Shown here: one piece after another, positions 50,293 through 59,376 of the stretch
Position numbering within the stretch: position 1 is the first letter of the stretch
Layout of the letters: each line of letters opens with the position of its first letter
Notes under the pieces: generated by a model
Told to the model about the DNA's origin: nothing
Seen by the model: only the letters and a program-made list of their open reading frames with translations
The model's database searches: none
Made by a program: the position numbers and the translations under genes
From: Patescibacteria group bacterium
GTDB lineage: Bacteria > Patescibacteriota > Dojkabacteria > GCA-002793355
Direction of reading: 5' to 3'
Assembly: GCA_016860985.1 (NCBI GenBank)
Contig: BOKM01000001.1
Span: 2,310-66,309, forward strand
Length of the DNA: 64,000 nt

Positions 50293-51114
50293 TTACTTAT
50301 GTAAATTCCAAATAAGTATTGATGTATGGAGAACAAATATTGCCTCATCTTTTGTAGGTTGCCTTCCTTTGCCTTCAGTATGTTGACCACGAATATTGCT
50401 TACTTCTTTTAGTAAATTCGTTAGTAAATTCTTAGGTGTTACAATTGTATCTCCCTTATATGCGAGCACCACTGGATTTTCTTCAAAGGAATGAATAAAT
50501 TTCTTGAGTTGTGGTTTAGGATCATTCGGGAAATAGATTTTCCCTAAAAAGCTTTCGAGGAAGTCGCATACTCTTGTTACAGTTTTCTCATAATCAGGGG
50601 ATCGTGAATAGCAATATTTCCATGCATCACTTAACAAAGAACTACTTTCTAAGGCAGTTTTTGAAACTTCATTGACTATCTTATCCACCCTTTCAATTAA
50701 AATGTATGCACCTTTGTCATACTCAGAAGCGTCTTTCTCTGATTTAAATACATCATATGCTGATCCAGACACTTCAAGTATTTTCGATAAGTTTTGGGCA
50801 TCACGTTCATCAGCGAAATTCTGAAGGAGTAAGGTAAGAACGTTGGCAGTTCTGTCGGAATCTTCAAGAGCAAAACTTATAAAATCATGAAGCTTATTTG
50901 GTACTTTTTCCCTTAGGATGAGCTGGAAATTATTATGAACAGACGAAACAATATATCGATAATTGTAGTAACTATCAATTTCCACAACACCGTTTGTTGT
51001 ATTCAACACATCTGCAATCCAATCCGACAAAGGATTATGCATGAATACCGGAAAATCTCTAACTAATACACTATTGTCAAAGTCGTATTTTTTCCCAAAA
51101 GGTTTGAATTTCAT
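50293..51114 (-). CDS. Hypothetical protein with Abi/HEPN-like C-terminus
   Basis: C-terminal 'NIRGQH...P...EA...LH' in a helical region. Confidence 0.55.
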   Translation of the reverse strand: MKFKPFGKKYDFDNSVLVRDFPVFMHNPLSDWIADVLNTTNGVVEIDSYYNYRYIVSSVHNNFQLILREKVPNKLHDFISFALEDSDRTANVLTLLLQNFADERDAQNLSKILEVSGSAYDVFKSEKDASEYDKGAYILIERVDKIVNEVSKTALESSSLLSDAWKYCYSRSPDYEKTVTRVCDFLESFLGKIYFPNDPKPQLKKFIHSFEENPVVLAYKGDTIVTPKNLLTNLLKEVSNIRGQHTEGKGRQPTKDEAIFVLHTSILIWNLHK

Positions 51115-51123
51115 ATCAAATAA

Positions 51124-51603
51124 TTAAGGAAAAAGTATTTTCTTGGCAGTTTCAGACAATACGTCGACCACTAAAGAGCGGATTGCACTGATTCCTGATT
51201 CGCCTATTTTTTTGAAATTCTGCTTAAGCTTTACTGCCGCGACATCTCCTGCTGGTGATGCATTAACAAGTGCGGGGACTGATGACTTTATTTCTGCTTT
51301 TTCGGTATCATTCAGCCCTTCTGACATGCTAATAATTTCCTCGACACCTTTAATTATATTAGATGTCCAAGGATACGCGCCACCACATTCATAACAGTAA
51401 AGTGGTAATGACATTGTCCCATTCGAGATTACGGAAGGAATAACATATGCTCCTCTAATATTTGCACTACACAAATTGCATTTTGTAATTGTTTGAGCAC
51501 CACACTTGGAACAATATTTTTTATTACGTTCAGGTGAACCACTAGCATTGGAATTAATAATATGTCCGTTCTGGCAAATCTGCGCTGTGTTGTAATACCC
51601 CAT
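51124..51603 (-). CDS. DUF2321 Zn-binding protein
   Basis: 'AQIC.NGH', 'YC.KCG..TI.KC..C...IRG', 'YC..CG..YPW'. Confidence 0.85.
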   Translation of the reverse strand: MGYYNTAQICQNGHIINSNASGSPERNKKYCSKCGAQTITKCNLCSANIRGAYVIPSVISNGTMSLPLYCYECGGAYPWTSNIIKGVEEIISMSEGLNDTEKAEIKSSVPALVNASPAGDVAAVKLKQNFKKIGESGISAIRSLVVDVLSETAKKILFP

Positions 51604-51635
51604 TCTAAATATGAATTATAACTGAACCCTTGGTA

Positions 51636-53261
51636 TTATAACCTAATTTCCCATCCTTGTTCATCTCTGTAAGTGACTGGAATACTGAACTCTTTCTCAG
51701 GATACCTTTCTAAAAACCACTCATTGTCCTTCTTCAGAAATACCGTTAAGTAGGGCTTTCCATCTCTATCCTTCAACTCGATACCCTTTAATTCACCCAA
51801 TCTGATTAACTTCCTCATTGTGGAAGCAACAATTCCGTACCTATACCGAATATCATCACTGCTGAACCAGCGCTTCTTATACTTACAAAGCTTGGCTGAA
51901 ATAACGCCATTTTTGATATTCATCTGGCAAACATCACATCGCATACCGTATTTGTCATACCAAGTATCTCTTCCTCGGTGCCATTGGTCACAGATACTGC
52001 ACTTAAAGCTATTATCATCCTCTGATTCTAAAAAGTACCTCTCAGAAAATTCATTAAGCTTCCGCTTTCTCAAGAGCTCTTTACCGTGGAATTGCGCTAA
52101 GGTTATAGAAAGTCGCACAAGGTTTGAATAACCATACTTATCCTGCCTTATTGGATCGAGTTCCTTAATTTTTCGTTTCTTCTTACCCTCGAACAACTTC
52201 GTAATGTCTTCTTCTCGTTCGTAACCCTTAAATCTGCCAGATAAATAACCGAGACGGAACGAGATGCTATCTTCTTTCATCAATCGCCAATTTGTATTCT
52301 CCAAGAGGTCGTTTACTGTCGCTGTGAAGCATTGAATACTTCTCTCAGCTGTTCTATCGCTTCCCGTATCTTGAATAGAGAAGGGGACAATTACAAATTT
52401 TTCTATCACTACTCTACCAAAATTCAGTTTCCTATAGCCTTCTAGTAACAACTTCGAATTAAGTAACCGTTCCAATGCACTAATGTTTAGCTTCTTTACT
52501 TGAAAGGATTTCTCCCGTGCGGGATCACTGTACTTACTAAGCTCATAAGTATAGACCTCGTTGGCAAATTTCATCTGCTCGAGAACATCCACCGCTACTT
52601 TTCCTTCTTCTTCATTCAAGCAAAACTGCTCTCGAAATTGCTGAAGAAGTTCACCATCCTTTTTCCTCTCTGCTTCAAGTTCGCGTGTGAACTGTTTATG
52701 GTCATGAACACCCTTTTCTCGGTGCCCACACTTCGTGCACCTGTAGAAATAAGTAGTAACGTCGTCTGAAAATGTACACTCGCTTTTCACAATTGCTTTA
52801 CACTTCGAGCACCGTTCTAGCGTTGGGACAATTTCATCTCCATTTTCGTAAACATGCTTTACGATACGGCAGTCCTCGCAAATCAGAGTGAACGTTATTC
52901 TTGACTTCAAATAGTCGATTCCATCAAAATCACGGGACAATTCTTTGAATTTTCTGCCGCACTGCTCACATCTAATGTTCGGTGAAATTGCAGAATCATA
53001 CCGTTTCTGTATTTTCTTATCGTCTTCCACCCATTTTTTGATGGTTTCCTCCTTCTTTTGGTATTCGTGAGTCTTGAGAAAATACAGTTGTTGATGAATA
53101 ATCTTATCAATCTCATGTTTGTTCTTACCGTTCGGGTATTTCTTCTGCAACTTCTTGTCAGCGTACATCTTATCTCTGACATCGAGAGCCATCAGGCATA
53201 GTTTGATAGTGCTAACGTCGTAACGATCCAGATAAAACTGACGTTTGTGGAGATACTGCAT
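51636..53261 (-). CDS. Hypothetical protein with multiple Zn ribbons and C-terminal excisionase/MerR-like HTH
   Basis: Six CxxC pairs; 'WFSSDDIRYRYGIVASTMRKLIRLGELKG'. Confidence 0.65.
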   Translation of the reverse strand: MQYLHKRQFYLDRYDVSTIKLCLMALDVRDKMYADKKLQKKYPNGKNKHEIDKIIHQQLYFLKTHEYQKKEETIKKWVEDDKKIQKRYDSAISPNIRCEQCGRKFKELSRDFDGIDYLKSRITFTLICEDCRIVKHVYENGDEIVPTLERCSKCKAIVKSECTFSDDVTTYFYRCTKCGHREKGVHDHKQFTRELEAERKKDGELLQQFREQFCLNEEEGKVAVDVLEQMKFANEVYTYELSKYSDPAREKSFQVKKLNISALERLLNSKLLLEGYRKLNFGRVVIEKFVIVPFSIQDTGSDRTAERSIQCFTATVNDLLENTNWRLMKEDSISFRLGYLSGRFKGYEREEDITKLFEGKKKRKIKELDPIRQDKYGYSNLVRLSITLAQFHGKELLRKRKLNEFSERYFLESEDDNSFKCSICDQWHRGRDTWYDKYGMRCDVCQMNIKNGVISAKLCKYKKRWFSSDDIRYRYGIVASTMRKLIRLGELKGIELKDRDGKPYLTVFLKKDNEWFLERYPEKEFSIPVTYRDEQGWEIRL

Positions 53262-53310
53262 TCGCAGAAAATAAAATTTATTGGGGAGTTATTTGAGTGT
53301 ACAATATCCA

Positions 53311-53967
53311 ATGCCAGATATTAATATTCAGCTTGAGAATTTGGAAAAGCTTAAACGACTACTTCTTGACAAGTATCTTGAAGCAGACAATAAGTGGAGA
53401 GATTTTTTAGATTTAATCGGTGGTGACGTCCTTTCTGATAAAAAGCTATTAATTCATAAACAACTAATCGAAGAACTCTCTGGAAGAAAATATATCTACG
53501 ACACGTTTAATAGAAATTCTTTTGCTATTGAAAACTTGGTGCATGCATTGAAGGATCTTTATGAAAATGATGAGAACTTAATAAATCAAAGCGGACAAGA
53601 GAGAGCGATTTCCTCAGCTCTCGCGCATCGTATGGGAATGTATTTTGAGAATACATACGATATCGATTGCGAATACAATAAGCATTTGAACGAACAAAAA
53701 TTAATTACTCAAGATGCGAAACGATCTGAACGTCCAGATATAATTGTTCACATGAGAGGAACAGATGCAAAAAACTTACTCGCCCTCGAAATAAAACAAA
53801 ATGAAATAAGTAAAGCTGATAAAGATAAACTTTCTGCGTTATCACTCGCTAACGGCCAGTATATATACAAATTCGCGATTGGCATTGAGATTAATGATAT
53901 TTTTGCACATATTTATATATATATTGATGGTGAATGCATAAATATTAGCAAGATTATTACTAGGTAG
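53311..53967 (+). CDS. Putative PD-(D/E)XK-fold protein
   Basis: 'E..IS..LA', 'DCEYN', 'RPDIIVH.RG....N.LA.EIK'. TACAAT lies 5 nt before ATG 53311. Confidence 0.7.
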   Translation: MPDINIQLENLEKLKRLLLDKYLEADNKWRDFLDLIGGDVLSDKKLLIHKQLIEELSGRKYIYDTFNRNSFAIENLVHALKDLYENDENLINQSGQERAISSALAHRMGMYFENTYDIDCEYNKHLNEQKLITQDAKRSERPDIIVHMRGTDAKNLLALEIKQNEISKADKDKLSALSLANGQYIYKFAIGIEINDIFAHIYIYIDGECINISKIITR

Positions 53968-55960
53968 TTTTGGATTCTCCGTTGAATACCGCGTTCAAAA
54001 ATGACTCAATTTCATCAGTCTGGAAGATTGCTGAAATATTTCTCGTCTTATTCTTGTTAACTATCTCACTAATTTCATATATTGAGTCATTGCTCAATTT
54101 TCTACTTTTTGGAGAAACCAATTTACTGTCGAGAGAAAGATCTTCGACTTCTCCATCAAGGATGCATATTCCATGCTTTCTAAGTGTTTCAAAGAATGCG
54201 ACTGCATTTTCTTTTACTTTAGGTAACTCGTCTATATTTGAAGCAAGATAGAACTCTCTTTCGTAACTGACCTTAAGCTGTGATCTTGTTCTTTGTATTT
54301 TTTTGAATATTTCTTCACCTTCAAGACCAAAAGTACATGATTGAGTAAAGAACTTGAGTCCAAGACTTTGTACCGACTCACTAGGTTTTGAACTATATTC
54401 AGCACATTTCTCGGTATCTTTATCTCTTAAATAATAATCAAAATCAGCTACCAAATAACATTCTAGGCCAAGCATTCTAACTAACTCAGCGTACTTGTGG
54501 ATATTATTCTTACCACCACAATTTAGAATTGTTGTATTATTCGCATTTAGTTGCATTGGGAACTTTTCGTCAGCAATCCATTTAATAATATGGCTATCCA
54601 GTCCCTCACAGAGAATAACTTTATCTGCGAAAAATATCTCATTATGATTATCGTCAAGAAGTAGAGACTGAAATTCCCTAATTTCAATAGGTGTTATAAC
54701 GGTTTTTTTGTTGATTCTTTTGACAAGAATAATATTCAATTCAGTTCCTGTAGTTTTTATGAACTCCGGACTATGTGTAGTCATAATTACCTGATTCTTT
54801 CCATTCTCAAGAAACTCATCGAACCTGTCGCTAATAACCCTTCGAGCATGTGGATGTAAATATAATTCTGGTTCTTCTACACATAACAAGGCACTTGCTT
54901 TTGAATTATATTGTCTTACATAATAACTAAACAGGCCAATTATAGTTGCACTTTGTATTCCAGCCCCCTTATCTGACAAGGGTGATTTAACACCGTCATC
55001 AATATAAATTTTAGAATCCTTATAGGTTTCTGTACTCTTATCTTCATTTAATTGAAACGATATGTCTGCACCAGGGAATGCAACATTTATAGTACTAGTC
55101 TGAATTTTTTCTCTTGCTACAGTAAATATTTTATCTGTTACTGACTTGACCTGACTATATGCAGTCTCTAACTCCTCGAAGTATGGGTGATCTTGAGTAA
55201 TATGTTTAAGTAGCTTGCCATACCAAGTATAACTTGTCGCACGCAATTGGATAACTGGATCCCTGAAACTACTAATTACAGCGCTCTGCAATAATTCTCC
55301 TCTTATAGGTGAGTTGAGAGCCAATATCCAACCTTTTTCAGGGCTTTCTCTATAAAGAAACCGCATATATTTTTCAACTCTGTGATTAATAACCTTTGCC
55401 CGAAAAACATACATAAACTCAAACTTGTTGTTCAGTTCATCTTCAAATTTGACAACATTACTGAGTTTCCCATCTACCCATCTCTTTCCTACGATATATC
55501 CACCTGCGGTTGGGTCGTCGACATCCTTGTCAAGAGTAAAAATCGAATCGAATTCGTCTGTAGTATAAGTATCAAAATGAAATCTTTTTTCAATATCCGC
55601 TTTTGGCCCTAGTTTAAAATCTGGTTTTGCAGAAAGAACTTTGTAAAATCCAGTAGTTTCGTTTATTGCAGCAAAATTAAGTTCTTCCTCGTTTTCTCTT
55701 TTTAGTATACAGGCTATTGTAAGTTCCGTTGCTGACTCTACAATGGCTTCATTCCTAAACGAGTGGAAATCTAACTCAGTTACATTGTCTGACTTGGCAT
55801 ATGTTGGGGACGATTCACCTAATAAAATATCAATCGCTTTTAGAATATTGCTTTTACCAGCATTGTTTCTTCCTACAATGACATTCTTGCCTTTACCAAA
55901 TGTTAGGTCTGCTTCATTGATAGATCTGAAGTTTTTAATAACTAGCCTTGATAAATACAT
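53960..55960 (-). CDS. OLD-family ATP-dependent endonuclease (ABC ATPase plus TOPRIM)
   Basis: 'GRNNAGKS', 'G.G.QS', 'EEPELYLHP', 'TTHSP', 'ILCEG..D', 'DFD'. Confidence 0.9.
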   Translation of the reverse strand: MYLSRLVIKNFRSINEADLTFGKGKNVIVGRNNAGKSNILKAIDILLGESSPTYAKSDNVTELDFHSFRNEAIVESATELTIACILKRENEEELNFAAINETTGFYKVLSAKPDFKLGPKADIEKRFHFDTYTTDEFDSIFTLDKDVDDPTAGGYIVGKRWVDGKLSNVVKFEDELNNKFEFMYVFRAKVINHRVEKYMRFLYRESPEKGWILALNSPIRGELLQSAVISSFRDPVIQLRATSYTWYGKLLKHITQDHPYFEELETAYSQVKSVTDKIFTVAREKIQTSTINVAFPGADISFQLNEDKSTETYKDSKIYIDDGVKSPLSDKGAGIQSATIIGLFSYYVRQYNSKASALLCVEEPELYLHPHARRVISDRFDEFLENGKNQVIMTTHSPEFIKTTGTELNIILVKRINKKTVITPIEIREFQSLLLDDNHNEIFFADKVILCEGLDSHIIKWIADEKFPMQLNANNTTILNCGGKNNIHKYAELVRMLGLECYLVADFDYYLRDKDTEKCAEYSSKPSESVQSLGLKFFTQSCTFGLEGEEIFKKIQRTRSQLKVSYEREFYLASNIDELPKVKENAVAFFETLRKHGICILDGEVEDLSLDSKLVSPKSRKLSNDSIYEISEIVNKNKTRNISAIFQTDEIESFLNAVFNGESKTT

Positions 55961-56132
55961 GTTGTATTATATTCTTTTGTCTTTTTCTGTGCCAATCTTG
56001 GCGTAACTTTAGATATGTACAGGAGTTCTTGCGAAAGAACTTTCTTCCCATCATATTGACACTTTCGATGTGTAGTGTTATTATAAATCACCTAAACGAC
56101 GAGTAGGTAAATATAATTTATTCTATTCGTTT

Positions 56133-57479
56133 ATGGGAAACTCAATCCCCACATCTAACAAACTGGAAACGGTCTACGTTTCAATAGATCAGCTGAATCC
56201 AGCTGGCTACAATCCACGCAAGTGGGATAAAAAGGCTCTTGATGATCTCAGGAAGAGCATTAAGAAGTTTGGTCTAGTCGACCCTGCTATCGTAAATGGA
56301 GCCTCTAACAGAATGAACGTTGTTATTGGTGGTCATATGCGAATTGCAGCAGCCAAAGAGCTCGGTATTACTGAAATACCAGTAATTTACCTCAATATTC
56401 CCGATGTTGAAAAAGAAAAGGAACTGAATATTCGACTGAATAAGAATCATGGAGAATTCGACTTTAAGCTTCTTGCAAACTTTGCTGAGGAATTTCTAAC
56501 AGATATAGGCTTTAATTCTGAAGAACTAGACTCGATCTTTGACTGGGATGACGACACTCCCGAGGAATTTGATCTCAAGAAAGAATTAGAGAAACTTGAT
56601 ATACAAAACATCGAAACAAAGAAGGGAGACGTTTGGCAGTTAGGAGAGAATCGACTCATGTGTGGCGACTCTACCATTCAAGCTAACATGCTTGAACTTC
56701 TCTCTGGAGATAAGGCAGATATGGTAATGACTGACCCGCCTTACCGCTTGGACTACCTCCATGGTAAGAAAAAGAACGGTAAACCAACAGAAGGGTTCGG
56801 ATACAAACGAGATAGAAAATATCTTGAGACCGATACTCTACCTGATGATTTTACGGAACTCTGGATGAAAAACATCAAAGTGATTTCAAAAGCAGACTTC
56901 CATATTATTGTCTATGAAGCGTGGAAAAATTTGCGTGAAATTTGGGGCGAGCTCGAGAAGCACTGGAAGGTAAAGAATATGATTGTATGGCATCTGCCGA
57001 ACAGGAATCAAAGTTTTGCTGCGAAGTATAAATTTTTCAGCAAATATGACATTGCTATGGTCGGTTCTTCACACAGTGAAGAAAATCTAAACACTGAATC
57101 CGAGGAGCAATTACTCCAGGAAGAATACGAAACTGCACTGTACGCTATTTCAGGAAAACCGCATTGGGAAGGCTACCAAAAAGGTAAAAAGATACAGCCA
57201 ACAGACTTCATTGAGTTCAACGCTTCAGACGAGAAGCATTCAGGACAAGGAATAATCTTTGGTACAAAACCAATCGAGATACTTATTCCCTACATCAAAG
57301 TACTCACGAAACGAGGAGATTTGGTCGTAGAACCGTTCGGAGGAAGTGGATCGACTCTTATTGCCTGTCAGAAAATGAGGCGGAAATGTTACATCATGGA
57401 AAAGTCTCCTGTGTATGCCGAGGTTATCAAGAAGCGATGGGAAAAATTGACTGGATTAATAGGAGTAAAGATAACATGA
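56133..57479 (+). CDS. ParB-like domain fused to DNA methyltransferase (copy 2)
   Basis: Clear paralog of 33328-34656. Confidence 0.9.
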   Translation: MGNSIPTSNKLETVYVSIDQLNPAGYNPRKWDKKALDDLRKSIKKFGLVDPAIVNGASNRMNVVIGGHMRIAAAKELGITEIPVIYLNIPDVEKEKELNIRLNKNHGEFDFKLLANFAEEFLTDIGFNSEELDSIFDWDDDTPEEFDLKKELEKLDIQNIETKKGDVWQLGENRLMCGDSTIQANMLELLSGDKADMVMTDPPYRLDYLHGKKKNGKPTEGFGYKRDRKYLETDTLPDDFTELWMKNIKVISKADFHIIVYEAWKNLREIWGELEKHWKVKNMIVWHLPNRNQSFAAKYKFFSKYDIAMVGSSHSEENLNTESEEQLLQEEYETALYAISGKPHWEGYQKGKKIQPTDFIEFNASDEKHSGQGIIFGTKPIEILIPYIKVLTKRGDLVVEPFGGSGSTLIACQKMRRKCYIMEKSPVYAEVIKKRWEKLTGLIGVKIT

Positions 57480-57874
57480 AAAAGGCCAACAAACCCGAGC
57501 TGATCGAACAGCTCAAAAAAACTCCGATAATACAAGTTGCTTGTGAAAAGGTAGGTGTAGCGAGAGCCACTTTCTACCGATGGCGAAAAGAAGATACTGA
57601 CTTTGCCGAAAAAGTTGAAGAAGCTGTAAACGCTGGATCACAACTCATTAACGATATGGCAGAAAGTGTTCTAATCACAGCAATAAAGAATGGAAACATT
57701 ACCGCCATAATCTTTTGGCTAAAGAATCATCACAAGATGTATTCCCCAAAAATGGAAGTAACAACAAAGAATGGCGATATTCCTTTAACTGACGAGCAAA
57801 AGGAACTCATACGAAAGTCACTCGACTTAGCCTTTGCAGATCAGTTAACAGATATCAAGCATGGAGAACAGTGA
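57476..57874 (+). CDS. HTH protein, small-terminase-like (copy 2)
   Basis: Paralog of 34653-35036; overlaps the TerL start. Confidence 0.75.
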   Translation: MKKANKPELIEQLKKTPIIQVACEKVGVARATFYRWRKEDTDFAEKVEEAVNAGSQLINDMAESVLITAIKNGNITAIIFWLKNHHKMYSPKMEVTTKNGDIPLTDEQKELIRKSLDLAFADQLTDIKHGEQ

Positions 57875-59312
57875 GATTTTTGAATATACGCCACAACTAC
57901 GGGATAAGATTGTAGAAAACCAGCCTCTCAGAAGAGCTCTTGCGAAAGAAAGCCACTTCTGGTTCTTTCATATCTACTTTCCTGATTATATTCATTTTTC
58001 ACCTGCGCTATTCCACAGAGAGCTCTTCTCCATAACAGAGGATAGCAGCATACAATTGGCTTCAATCGTTGCATTTCGAGGTAGTGCAAAATCAACAATA
58101 ATTACCATGTCTTCAGTAATCTGGTCTGTGATCGGCAAACTGCAGAAGAAATTCATCGTTATCATGTCGTTAACGCAAAGTCAGGCAAAACAACACTTAC
58201 GTAACGTTAAGATTGAATTTGAGTCGAATTTACTCCTTAGAAAAGACTTTGGTGAGATACAAGAAATTACTGATGAATGGGGATCGTTTTCACTATTCCT
58301 TCCAAAGTATAACGCTAAAATAATTGCCGTATCTACCGAACAAAGTATTCGAGGTATTCGTCATATGTCGTACCGCCCCGATTACATAATCGGTGACGAT
58401 ATTGAAGACCAGAACGCCGTAAAGACAAGAGACTCAAGAGATAACACCTACAACTGGTTCAAAGGTGAAATAATCTCATTAGGTGACGAGAATACCAAGA
58501 TTATCCTTATTGGGAACCTCCTACACGAAGACTCGCTTCTTATGCGAATAAAGAAAGAGATTCAGGAAGGTGCATTGTCAGGAATTGTTAGAGAATACCC
58601 TTTTATGGATGAACATGGAGTTCCTCTATGGAAAAGCAGATATCCCGATGAAGAATCAATTCAGAAAGTCAAAAGTAAGTTGGGTGATGAAAAGACTTGG
58701 CAACGTGAATTCATGTTAAAAATCATTCCCGATGCAGATCAGATTATAAAGAAGGAATGGATTCACTATTGGGATACTTTACCCTTAGACCGGAAAGACT
58801 TTCGATATTCAGTATTGTCAGTTGATCCAGCCATATCGGAACAAGGAGACTACACAGCAATGGTAATAATGCACGTTTTTGGACGCAGAGGTAGTCTAAA
58901 GATATACGTTGACGCACAGATTGTTAACAAACGCCTAAATTTTCCAGACTCAATAAATCAAATCAAGAATTTTGCAGTAAACAATAAGCTGAAGAAATAC
59001 CGACTAAGAATATGTGTTGAAAGCGTCGCATTTCAGAAATCAATAGTGCAAATTCTTGAGAAAGATAATTTCAAGGCTAATGCAATTTCAGTTGCTGGGA
59101 TGAGTAAGCGTGAACGACTGGCATCCGTGTCAATGCTCTTTTCGCAAGGTAAAATCTTCTTCCCAAACAAAGGTGCAGAACAGCTTATTCAACAAATACT
59201 CTACCTTGGAGTCGAAAAACACGATGACCTCTGTGATGCAATGACTTTAGGGCTAAATTACATACTGAGTCAAGATACAAATGAAGAAGACTTGTTGTTA
59301 AGTTGGGTGTAG
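57861..59312 (+). CDS. Phage terminase large subunit
   Basis: Walker A 'FRGSAKST', Walker B 'IIGDDIED', nuclease 'VDPA' and 'HDDLCDA'. Confidence 0.85.
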   Translation: MENSEIFEYTPQLRDKIVENQPLRRALAKESHFWFFHIYFPDYIHFSPALFHRELFSITEDSSIQLASIVAFRGSAKSTIITMSSVIWSVIGKLQKKFIVIMSLTQSQAKQHLRNVKIEFESNLLLRKDFGEIQEITDEWGSFSLFLPKYNAKIIAVSTEQSIRGIRHMSYRPDYIIGDDIEDQNAVKTRDSRDNTYNWFKGEIISLGDENTKIILIGNLLHEDSLLMRIKKEIQEGALSGIVREYPFMDEHGVPLWKSRYPDEESIQKVKSKLGDEKTWQREFMLKIIPDADQIIKKEWIHYWDTLPLDRKDFRYSVLSVDPAISEQGDYTAMVIMHVFGRRGSLKIYVDAQIVNKRLNFPDSINQIKNFAVNNKLKKYRLRICVESVAFQKSIVQILEKDNFKANAISVAGMSKRERLASVSMLFSQGKIFFPNKGAEQLIQQILYLGVEKHDDLCDAMTLGLNYILSQDTNEEDLLLSWV

Positions 59313-59376
59313 ATAAAAAGTGGACTTGTTGCAGGAAAACGAATAAAATATCATATTAAAAGGACATGCTATTTGT

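Noticed and set aside
53960-55960. Gabija or retron system
   Set aside because: No adjacent GajB helicase or reverse transcriptase.
56133-59312. Complete prophage
   Set aside because: No portal, capsid, tail or lysis genes in the window.
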